From NCBI RefSeq assembly GCF_028912405.1, contig NZ_JAKELO010000002.1, forward strand, positions 969,276-1,001,275: DNA of 32,000 bases. The letters run 5' to 3'. The DNA comes from Methanogenium marinum (GTDB lineage: Archaea; Halobacteriota; Methanomicrobia; Methanomicrobiales; Methanomicrobiaceae). Positions 1 through 7,852 of this stretch are shown piece after piece. The notes beneath the pieces are model-generated. The model had not been told where the DNA came from, did not search any database, and saw only the letters and a list, made by a program, of their open reading frames with translations. The first letter of the stretch is position 1. Each line of letters begins with the position of its first letter. The position numbers and the translations under genes are program-made.

Positions 1-1041
1 GGGGCACCATCAGTCTTCGTCGGGACATATGGCTACCCGAAGATGGCCGGGGGGCCCCTTCTCATCGGTGAGAATGACAACCCGGAAGTCTGGGTGGAGA
101 AGGCATACTCCATTGATGATATTGTCAGCGTTCGCTCACGGACCATACGGGGAAATACTGCTGCTGCCTCCCGTGGCCCGGATGCCATGCAGGAAATTGC
201 ACTCTCTGCTGTACCCCTTGATGTAGAGGTCACATTCACCCGGCCGGTGGCGTTTGACCTCCGGTTTGACGGGACGATTGCCCCGGTCGGCCTCTCAGGA
301 AACATGAGAAAAATAGACGTGCTGGATAATGCAAAAACCCCACGGCCGGTCGAAAAGGCGGTAGGCGACACCGACCTGAAGGCAGCCGATGCGGTGTGGG
401 ACCTCTACCGGGACGGGGTTGGTGTGCACCAGGTATCCCAGCTTCTGAGTGCCGGTCTTCTCGGGCGACAACGGAAGGTGGTTCCGACCCGGTGGAGCAT
501 CACCGCAGTCGATGACATGCTGGGGAAGGCAGGCAAGGCTGCCGTGTCCCGTAACACGGCACTTGACGAATTTCTCGTATTTACTGCCACCCTGCACGGG
601 AATACCATCGTCTGTATCCTCACCCCCGGCGACTTCCGGTATGAGATGATCGAGCACTGGCAGGCAGGCAGCATGTGGGGGGGAGCAACGGGTGCCATCA
701 TGAGAGATGGGGAGAGTCGCAAAGGAAAATCAGGATATTCACCAATCGCAGGTGCTTACTACTCCGCACGCCTCGCCGTCCTTGATTATCTGCGCACCAC
801 GGAGAGGTCAGCCCGGGCCATTGTTATCAGGAGCATCGCTGATTCATACTGGGCCCCTCTCGGTACCTGGGTCATCCGGGAGGCCGCTCGCCAGGCAATG
901 AACCAGCCCCCCGTATCCTTTGAAGACCTCGCAGGGGCGCAAGGGTATGCCACCGCCATCCTTGGCACAGATACCTGGACACACCACAGCACTCTTCTCC
1001 GGGATATTGCCACACAGAAAAACCTCTTCGATTTCTTCTGA
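1..1041 (+). CDS. nreA: NreA-like archaeal DNA repair protein (Nre N/C domains, COG1602 family); 5' end cut by window edge
   Basis: Frame 1 is open from nt 1 (APSVFVGTYGYPKMAGGP...), so the listed ATG at 43 is internal. PSVFVG.YGYP and PTRWSITAVDD motifs are typical of the Nre family. The C terminus carries a PIP box, and an ATP-dependent ligase gene lies nearby. Confidence 0.7.
   Translation, partial: GAPSVFVGTYGYPKMAGGPLLIGENDNPEVWVEKAYSIDDIVSVRSRTIRGNTAAASRGPDAMQEIALSAVPLDVEVTFTRPVAFDLRFDGTIAPVGLSGNMRKIDVLDNAKTPRPVEKAVGDTDLKAADAVWDLYRDGVGVHQVSQLLSAGLLGRQRKVVPTRWSITAVDDMLGKAGKAAVSRNTALDEFLVFTATLHGNTIVCILTPGDFRYEMIEHWQAGSMWGGATGAIMRDGESRKGKSGYSPIAGAYYSARLAVLDYLRTTERSARAIVIRSIADSYWAPLGTWVIREAARQAMNQPPVSFEDLAGAQGYATAILGTDTWTHHSTLLRDIATQKNLFDFF
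1015..1038 (+). other. Canonical PCNA-interacting peptide (PIP box) QKNLFDFF at the extreme C terminus of the NreA-like protein
   Basis: The last 8 codons before TGA (1039-1041) read Q-K-N-L-F-D-F-F, which fits Qxx[LIM]xx[FY][FY]. Confidence 0.6.
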
Positions 1042-1086
1042 ATAAATCACGATCATTATATATCTCAAACCTGAAGCTTTATTTAT

Positions 1087-1848
1087 ATGAATAACTGTTT
1101 TGCTGCATTGCTTTGCTCCGGTCTTTTAGCAGCACTTGCTGTGCCCGTTCAGGCAGCAGAGGCACAACAGATCTACTATGGTCTGAGTGCCAACCAGTAC
1201 CTCCAGATTATGATTGTAGCGATCATTCTGGTGGCAATCTTCATCGCCATCTTTTATTTCATAGGAAAAGGGCATGCACGACGGACAAAAGTGAATCAGG
1301 TAACCAAGAATCTTGTCATGGCTCTTGCCATCATCTACCTGATTGTCGGGACATTTCTCCTGATTCTTGATTTCATTGTGCTCATTGAACCATATGCACA
1401 GACAGACACGTTCGCCTATGTTGTCCAGGTGTTTCAGTATTATTTCCCTGAAATGGTCTATGGCATCATTCTCGTCGGTGCAGCGGGACTCCTGCTCTAT
1501 CTGGTCGGCTTCTATATGACGGTCTTCGTGAGGGATTCTGAAAAAATAGAAAAATCAAATGAGTCCTATCATATCCAGGCCTCTTCTGAAATCGATATCG
1601 ATGCGAGCAAAGGAAAAGTGGAGTACACCAGACTTGTGTTCAATATCACAGACTGGGAAAACAAGGAACCACTCTCAGACGGAAAAATCCGCCTGGAGAC
1701 AAAAGACGGGACCCTGATGATGATCAAATACACTGACTCCATGGGAGAGGTTGACTTCGGCAAACTCCGGGGCAGGGAAGATGACTATTATGCCTATGTC
1801 GAAGGTGACCGTGAGCGGCAGGAATACCGCATCTTCACCATCAGATAG
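1087..1848 (+). CDS. Hypothetical membrane protein: signal peptide, about 4 TM helices, soluble C-terminal beta-rich domain
   Basis: 253-aa ORF. N-terminal MNNCFAALLCSGLLAALAVPVQA looks like a signal peptide, followed by several long hydrophobic segments. I recognise no family. Confidence 0.55.
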   Translation: MNNCFAALLCSGLLAALAVPVQAAEAQQIYYGLSANQYLQIMIVAIILVAIFIAIFYFIGKGHARRTKVNQVTKNLVMALAIIYLIVGTFLLILDFIVLIEPYAQTDTFAYVVQVFQYYFPEMVYGIILVGAAGLLLYLVGFYMTVFVRDSEKIEKSNESYHIQASSEIDIDASKGKVEYTRLVFNITDWENKEPLSDGKIRLETKDGTLMMIKYTDSMGEVDFGKLRGREDDYYAYVEGDRERQEYRIFTIR

Positions 1849-1849
1849 A

Positions 1850-3505
1850 TTATTGTGCAGCAAAACGTTCTTCAATCATCCGGAGGGATTCAATCTCATC
1901 CGGACTTTTATCATCCCGCAGACGAATAAAGCGAGGGAACCGAAGGGCAAACCCACCGGCATAACTGGGACTCTTCTGAACTTCCGCATACCCCACTTCC
2001 ACCACAATCTTCGGTTCCACGTGAACCATCTTTCCCTCCTCTGACAAAACAAGGTCAGAGAGGACCGCATACATCTCCTGCAATGCCTCATCTGAAAATC
2101 CCGTCGCCACCTTGGAAAGCGGAATAAACGACCCGTCTTCACCCAGACAGGAGAGAAGGAAGGAACCGAATATGTGTGCCCGTTTCCCTTCACCCCATTC
2201 TGCACCGGTGACCACCAGATCAATGGTGTCCACGGCGGGCTTTATTTTCACCCATAGTTTGCCACGGACACCCGGTGTATAGGGAGAGCGGGGATCTTTG
2301 ATCATGATACCTTCGTGCCCGTCGTCAAGGGCATTGCGGTAGAGGGCATCAATCTCTTCTTCATCACCGCTCATGAGCTGTGGAGCCACATACCCGTCTG
2401 AGGCATCATTTATCAGGCCATTGGATACAGCTGCCTCAAGACGCTGCCTGCGTTCAGCAAAAGGAAGATCAATGAGCGTTTCACCATCTATCCAGAGAAT
2501 ATCAAACAGATTCGGCTTAAGCGTTATTTCCTCAATGTGAGAGGCAATATCATGTTTGCGCCGGAAACGACGGAGCACATACTGGAATGGCAGAGGACGG
2601 CCGTCACGGACGGCGATGACCTCTCCATCAAGGATGACGTCATGTGATGTGGCCGCATTGAGCATTGCAACGACATCGGGAATGGCATGCGTCACTTCCT
2701 CCAGTCTTCGTGAGTACATCCGGCAGATGCCATCCACTTTATGGAACTGGAACCGGGTGCCATCATATTTATATTCGGCCGCAACAACCCCTGTTTCGCT
2801 GAGCATCTCAGTCACCGTCCCCTGTTTGGCAAGCATCATCTTCAGCGGCCGGAACGGTTCGATATGAACTACATTCAGGGCAGCTTCACCCTTTCGTGCA
2901 ATGAGCGCCACTTCGCCAAGGTCGTTTGACACCTGATATGCATGCTCCACAGCAGCAGGGCTGACGGCAAACGCCCCTGCAATTGCATCCCGCATCGTCC
3001 CTTCACCGATACCGATACGGAGTTCTCCCAAGAGGAGACGGGCAAGATATCGCCCTTCAAGAGGGGAGGCATTCGCAAAGAGCCTGCGCAATATCCGGTC
3101 TTTCTCCTTCTGTGACTTATTCCCCCCGGTTGCAGCAAGGAGCGTGAAATCACGGCCAATGTCAGCGAGTGTCAGGGACTCTGAAAAAAAAGACATCTGC
3201 TCTTTTTTTCCGAGCATTGTCTCAACGGATTTACCGGGATCACCACTCCGGTTGACTGCACTGACAACAGCCCGACGATCCCTGCCTGCCACATAGGCAA
3301 CCGCATCGTAGACACTGTTCGGACCGACACCTATTTTCTCCTGGCTCCAGTCTGGGAAGGGCCGCCCCATCAGGTAGCGAATAAAAAGGGGGAGGTCTGC
3401 TTCATCCAGAGGCGACAGGGCGTCCCGGACGACAACGGTCATATCAAGTCTGCCGGCAGTTCCTTCGAGTGCCTCACATATATGGGAAAATTCCAAAAAA
3501 TCCAT
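1850..3505 (-). CDS. lig: ATP-dependent DNA ligase
   Basis: Adenylation motif AEYKYDGTR (KxDG) and typical archaeal ligase domain order. ATG at 3505 is preferred over TTG at 3523: it lies 7 nt after the upstream MBL gene stop and is preceded by GAGGTG. Confidence 0.93.
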   Translation of the reverse strand: MDFLEFSHICEALEGTAGRLDMTVVVRDALSPLDEADLPLFIRYLMGRPFPDWSQEKIGVGPNSVYDAVAYVAGRDRRAVVSAVNRSGDPGKSVETMLGKKEQMSFFSESLTLADIGRDFTLLAATGGNKSQKEKDRILRRLFANASPLEGRYLARLLLGELRIGIGEGTMRDAIAGAFAVSPAAVEHAYQVSNDLGEVALIARKGEAALNVVHIEPFRPLKMMLAKQGTVTEMLSETGVVAAEYKYDGTRFQFHKVDGICRMYSRRLEEVTHAIPDVVAMLNAATSHDVILDGEVIAVRDGRPLPFQYVLRRFRRKHDIASHIEEITLKPNLFDILWIDGETLIDLPFAERRQRLEAAVSNGLINDASDGYVAPQLMSGDEEEIDALYRNALDDGHEGIMIKDPRSPYTPGVRGKLWVKIKPAVDTIDLVVTGAEWGEGKRAHIFGSFLLSCLGEDGSFIPLSKVATGFSDEALQEMYAVLSDLVLSEEGKMVHVEPKIVVEVGYAEVQKSPSYAGGFALRFPRFIRLRDDKSPDEIESLRMIEERFAAQ

Positions 3506-3512
3506 CTGTATT

Positions 3513-4289
3513 TCACACCTCAATTGTCCGGGTCACAGCATGCTGCAGACCGACTTCAAGGTCAACGTTATGTTCAAAGAGAGAAAGTGTCTCACGGGCG
3601 GTCGAAATGGCCTTTTCAGGCGTATTGTTCTCCTCTGACAGATGCGCAAGGACGGCTGCGGAGAGATCACCACAAAGTTCACTCAGGACATTGGATGCCG
3701 CCTGGTTCGATAGGTGACCCCGGTTTTTGTCTGCAATGCGCCGTTTCAGGAATACCGGATATGGTCCGTTTTCAAGCATCACCGGGCAGTGGTTACTCTC
3801 GAGGACAAGAGCATCACAGCGGGACAGATATTCCATCATTGCAGTGGTCACCATCCCGGTATCGGTGCAGACACCGATGGTCACTTCACCATCTGATATA
3901 CAGAATCCAGTCGGGTCGGCTGCGTCATGGGAGGTGGAGAACGGAGTCACGGAAAATGTGCCGGTATCAAACGCCTCTCCCGGAATGATGCGGGAAAGAG
4001 AGGCTGATCCCGGGGATTTCAGGGTCTCTTTCACACCGGCAAGAGTACCTCCGGTACCAAAGACGGTCATCGGACACTGCCGGGAAAAAACATCAACACC
4101 ACGGATGTGATCGGAGTGCTCGTGCGTGATACAGAGCCCTTCCACACAGGAAATGTCTCCCCCGCAGTCCACAACAGATGACCGGATGCGACGGCTGCTG
4201 ATGCCGGCATCTACCAGAAGGGCACCATCGTCCCCCTCAATATAGATGCAGTTTCCTTTGCTGCCGCTCGCAAGGACGGTTACCTTCAT
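3513..4289 (-). CDS. MBL-fold metallo-hydrolase (YycJ-like)
   Basis: HxHxDH motif (ITHEHSDHIRG). N-terminal MKVTVLASGSKGNCIYIE is typical of this family. It sits immediately upstream of lig on the same strand, so co-transcription is likely. Confidence 0.85.
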   Translation of the reverse strand: MKVTVLASGSKGNCIYIEGDDGALLVDAGISSRRIRSSVVDCGGDISCVEGLCITHEHSDHIRGVDVFSRQCPMTVFGTGGTLAGVKETLKSPGSASLSRIIPGEAFDTGTFSVTPFSTSHDAADPTGFCISDGEVTIGVCTDTGMVTTAMMEYLSRCDALVLESNHCPVMLENGPYPVFLKRRIADKNRGHLSNQAASNVLSELCGDLSAAVLAHLSEENNTPEKAISTARETLSLFEHNVDLEVGLQHAVTRTIEV

Positions 4290-4428
4290 TGATATTATGT
4301 TGTCCTTTGCAGATGGTAAAAGTCACCTCTCTGCTACTGCAGCCCTCCGGATAGAGAGACATCGCACCATCCATATCTTTTTTCTCTGTCAGTCAAGAGA
4401 TACAAAATACCGGAAACCGAGGCACAGA

Positions 4429-5802
4429 ATGACAGAGACATGGAACACTGCCCTGAAAAAGATCGTACCCGGACTCTCAGGGTGCAGGGCATACCCCGAT
4501 ACAAAACACATCACATATGGTGCAAATACCTACTGTGTCCGTTCCCACAGTCATGAAGAACTACGATTCTGCCTTCCTCTCCTGATTACCGACACTGCAG
4601 CGGGTGTTGCCTGCCCGGACGAACGGGGGAAGGACGGAGCCGTTTGGGCAGCTCTGGAACACATAAAGGCACAGGTCCCCCACGTTCCGGCACTCGCACC
4701 GGTTGGCGGCAGAGGGACACGCCACCCAAGACACTGCGCCGCACACACAGAACCCTGCACCCTCATATGCACACCAGACGGCATGGGCGAAGCACTCTGG
4801 AAACCGAACATAAACAATCTGCTGGACAAAGTCGGCCTGCACATCCAGATACGGGGGGCACTTCCCTACCCGGGGCCACCATCTGTCACAGCACAGCATC
4901 AGGTGCGAGAGGCACTCCGGGAACTCTGTAATGCCATAGGCGAGGCCGAGGAGTCGGTTCCCCAACACCAGGTGGAAACAGCAGTCCTCATGTCCATTGA
5001 CCAAAAGTCCCTGCGCCTGAGACTTCCGGAAGAAGGGGTCATCTCGTTTATTGCAGACGGCAGCCTGATGGCACGAAAAGAAACGGAAGTGCGAAACCAC
5101 TACCGCATCGCCGGCCCAAAGGAGGGTATTCATATCCCGTTTGTTTGCCCTGAAACCCTCACCCCTGCAGAGTTTGACTGCGAGGGGAGCGGCGGAAGCA
5201 TCACCGGGTTTGCCATCCACAGGCGTGAGGCAGTCGCCATCATCGGGTCAAACGCCGAAGGTAAGACAACAATAATTCACGGTATCCTCTCAGGCGTGGA
5301 CGACCATGCACCGGGGGACGGACGGGAGGGCATTGTCACCCGCCGGGGGATTGAACGGGTGGCTGCCGGGGCATATCAACTCAAAGGAGCAGACGTCAGT
5401 CTCTTCTTTAAGAGTCTCCCCCCGGGTGTGAACGGCACCCCTAAATCAGCCAGCGGGGTGGGGAGCGGGTCATTGGTGATGGCATATGAATGTATCCGTG
5501 CCTGTGCCCACAGGGCCCCTGCCATTCTCTTTGACGAGGATACATCAGCAAACAATCTGCTTATTCCCTCCTCATTCCAGACAGAGGATGTTACCCCGCT
5601 CTCAGAAGTCCTGCACCACCAACGTGAAGCGCTGGGTGAGACCACACTTATCTTTGCGGCAGGTTCATCCGACATGCTCGTTGCCCGGGCAGACACCATC
5701 ATCCGGCTAAAAGACCATGTGGCAGATGCCATACCGCCAAAGGAATTCCGGGCACACCTGCAGGAGCATCTCAGGCAGGCACTTCTGTCACTCAGTGGCT
5801 AA
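4429..5802 (+). CDS. Predicted ATPase of the ABC class (ABC-ATPase domain, COG3044-like)
   Basis: Walker A GSNAEGKTT, then PGDGREGIV and LFDEDTSANN, matching the conserved PGDGRE / IDEDTSATNF blocks of this family. The start is set at ATG 4429; the ORF-track start at 4246 would overlap the divergent MBL gene. Confidence 0.65.
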   Translation: MTETWNTALKKIVPGLSGCRAYPDTKHITYGANTYCVRSHSHEELRFCLPLLITDTAAGVACPDERGKDGAVWAALEHIKAQVPHVPALAPVGGRGTRHPRHCAAHTEPCTLICTPDGMGEALWKPNINNLLDKVGLHIQIRGALPYPGPPSVTAQHQVREALRELCNAIGEAEESVPQHQVETAVLMSIDQKSLRLRLPEEGVISFIADGSLMARKETEVRNHYRIAGPKEGIHIPFVCPETLTPAEFDCEGSGGSITGFAIHRREAVAIIGSNAEGKTTIIHGILSGVDDHAPGDGREGIVTRRGIERVAAGAYQLKGADVSLFFKSLPPGVNGTPKSASGVGSGSLVMAYECIRACAHRAPAILFDEDTSANNLLIPSSFQTEDVTPLSEVLHHQREALGETTLIFAAGSSDMLVARADTIIRLKDHVADAIPPKEFRAHLQEHLRQALLSLSG

Positions 5803-5819
5803 AAAAGAGATTAGTGGTT

Positions 5820-6629
5820 CTATTCCGCCGTGATTATCGTACCGGGGTTTTCGCCTTTCAGAGCACTCTCAAGGGTGCCACGCGTATGACCGTTTATTAT
5901 ACGTACTTCCCGGATATTTTTCGCGTTCACCAGGAGTTCTACAACCTTACGTTCCAGAACCATATCATCCATATTCAGGTCGAGGAGTTCCTCTGCTGAG
6001 ATCTTTTTGATGAGGTCTGCCTCCGGATTAACGAACGGATTCTCGGTGAAGAGTCCGTCGACATTCTTGAGGAGTGTGCAGGTTTTTGCCCCGATGACTT
6101 CTGCAGCGAGGAATGCACCGGTATCAGTCCGGTGCTGAGGAATAACAGAACCAGGTGAAGGTTCTTCAAAGTAGCTGTATGGCGGCGTGCCTGCCATTAT
6201 CGGCAGAAGGCCCATCTTCATCAGCATCGGAATATCCATGATTTCAGTCACTTCCACACGGATACCTCCGTCTTGTGCGAGCAGGGCCGCAACCATCTTG
6301 GTATTCTGTGTACTCACATCACCGGTGAGTTCGGCAAGAATACCGGTTGGCATCCCAAGGTCAATCCCTATATCCATTACGTGACGCACACGAACACCGC
6401 CGCCCACCACGACAAGCATCTCATACTGTTCTTTAAGCTGACGTATTTCATCGAGAAGGGGCAGAAGCACGGTGGAACCAAAATCCACTGTTCCGTGTCC
6501 GCCAATTTTGATTACGTTCAGGTTGGGTGCAATACGGACGGTCCGCTCCTGATGTTCACCATACTCCAGGGACTTACGTACCAACGTCTCTCCCTGTAAT
6601 CTGTTCTTTATTTCATGGCGTTTTACCAT
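5820..6629 (-). CDS. Amino-acid-kinase-fold protein resembling molybdenum storage protein subunits (MosA/MosB) and UMP kinase
   Basis: VIKIGGHG, VVVGGGVRVRH, GTPPYSYFEEPSPGSVIPQHRTDTGAFLAAE and GENPGTIITAE line up with my recollection of Azotobacter Mosto subunits. The start is set at ATG 6629 (MVKRHEI...), giving 269 aa. Confidence 0.65.
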   Translation of the reverse strand: MVKRHEIKNRLQGETLVRKSLEYGEHQERTVRIAPNLNVIKIGGHGTVDFGSTVLLPLLDEIRQLKEQYEMLVVVGGGVRVRHVMDIGIDLGMPTGILAELTGDVSTQNTKMVAALLAQDGGIRVEVTEIMDIPMLMKMGLLPIMAGTPPYSYFEEPSPGSVIPQHRTDTGAFLAAEVIGAKTCTLLKNVDGLFTENPFVNPEADLIKKISAEELLDLNMDDMVLERKVVELLVNAKNIREVRIINGHTRGTLESALKGENPGTIITAE

Positions 6630-6741
6630 ATAATCACTGACCAAAGGTTCACCGTATACCAATAAAGGTTTCCTGTTTTCCTTTTTTCTACAGGGGCATC
6701 GTGCTGGCTGAAAACCATGAGAAATCCCCACCATATCACAA

Positions 6742-6769
6742 GCATTTATATGCCATGACGGCATTTATA
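6742..6769. promoter_or_regulatory. Divergent promoter region: two GCATTTATA TATA-like boxes flanking an ATGCC-N5-GGCAT palindrome
   Basis: GCATTTATA occurs at 6742-6750 and 6761-6769. Inverted repeat ATGCC (6750-6754) / GGCAT (6760-6764). The region lies between the divergent Mosto-like gene and the first small paralog. Confidence 0.3.
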
Positions 6770-6820
6770 AATTATATCAACTGGTATAACACCTGTTATC
6801 CAGCTGTAGGATGTGAAAAT

Positions 6821-7060
6821 ATGAAAATCTATGTCAGACCACGCACAAAAGTCGGCGAAGGTGCTCACCAGCCGATGTTCAAAATCGTCGCCACCACCGG
6901 GGAAGGAACACAAAATATCAAATTTCAGGCAAAACATCTCCGTAAATCTGAGCTTGAACAGATCGCAGAGGATACCGGGGCAGAACTTGTGTATCTGGAG
7001 TCCGCCCGCGGTACCGGAACAGGCAACGGCACTGGTGCCGGCCACAAAAATCATAAATAA
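6821..7060 (+). CDS. Small conserved hypothetical protein (79 aa), tandem paralog 1
   Basis: MKIYVRPRTKVGEGAHQPMFKIV... is about 60% identical over the first ~60 aa to the next ORF. It has a Gly/Thr-rich low-complexity tail. Confidence 0.6.
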   Translation: MKIYVRPRTKVGEGAHQPMFKIVATTGEGTQNIKFQAKHLRKSELEQIAEDTGAELVYLESARGTGTGNGTGAGHKNHK

Positions 7061-7113
7061 TATTCAATCTATTTTGAGCTGTCCGCATACGTGGCAAAGA
7101 AGGGGGAAAAAAT

Positions 7114-7329
7114 ATGAAAATCTACGTACGTCCGCGACAGAAAGTCGGGGAGGGGGCCCACCAGCCGATGTTCAGGGTTGTTGCTGTCACCGGAAAAGGT
7201 GAGGAAAAACTGAAAGTCGAGGCCAGCCATTTCCGGAAAAAAGAGCTGGAGATGATCGCTGCCGATGTCGGCGGAGAGATTGTGATGCTCGAGCCAACCA
7301 AAGATGAATCCGGGAAGGGCACAAAATAA
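7114..7329 (+). CDS. Small conserved hypothetical protein (71 aa), tandem paralog 2
   Basis: MKIYVRPRQKVGEGAHQPMFRVV... is a paralog of 6821-7060. AGGGGG lies upstream of the ATG, and a T7 run follows the stop. Confidence 0.65.
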   Translation: MKIYVRPRQKVGEGAHQPMFRVVAVTGKGEEKLKVEASHFRKKELEMIAADVGGEIVMLEPTKDESGKGTK

Positions 7330-7338
7330 CCACCAACC

Positions 7339-7345
7339 TTTTTTT
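7339..7345 (+). terminator. Oligo-T (T7) archaeal-type terminator after small paralog 2
   Basis: TTTTTTT lies 10 nt after the TAA stop at 7327-7329. Confidence 0.4.
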
Positions 7346-7374
7346 GTCTATACTGCCAAATACCGCATACTTCT

Positions 7375-7725
7375 ATGGTAGCACTTGACATTCCTGCACT
7401 CTTCCATGCTGCAGCTGAAATCCTTATACGGGAAGATCAACGTATATCTGTTGAATTTTCAGCAGAAGAGGCGAGAATACGGTTTCCCACTACCCGGCGC
7501 CTTGCCCAGTATCTTGATGTCCCTCATTACTATGTCCTTCCCATATTCAGCATGATGGAGGAGAAAAATCTGGTCAGAAGAGAAGAACGGGTTGGGATTT
7601 CAACGACAGGAGCAGGCACATTGCTCTTTCTTGACATAATCCGTAAATCAATGCCTGATGAGGCAACCGCACTCCTTGGGGAAGGAACAATCACAGCACT
7701 CGCGGCAAAACATTCTTCAGTGTAA
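7375..7725 (+). CDS. Small putative winged-helix DNA-binding protein
   Basis: 116-aa ORF. TRRLAQYLDVPHYYVLPIFSMMEEKNLVRREERVG resembles an HTH recognition helix plus wing. I did not recognise a specific family. Confidence 0.45.
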   Translation: MVALDIPALFHAAAEILIREDQRISVEFSAEEARIRFPTTRRLAQYLDVPHYYVLPIFSMMEEKNLVRREERVGISTTGAGTLLFLDIIRKSMPDEATALLGEGTITALAAKHSSV

Positions 7726-7852
7726 TTTTGCTCCCCTGAATTCAGGCACACACACGTTTGCAGAGAGAATCTCAACAATACCACAATAGCTATCGTAAGA
7801 AAAAAACGATATTATTCTGATTTTTCCGGAATAAACCAGAAAAGGAGATGAC

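Noticed and set aside
4246-4428. Upstream extension of the ABC-class ATPase ORF (track start at 4246)
   Set aside because: It would overlap the divergent MBL gene start by 44 nt, and it encodes non-conserved-looking sequence. ATG 4429 leaves a normal divergent intergenic region.
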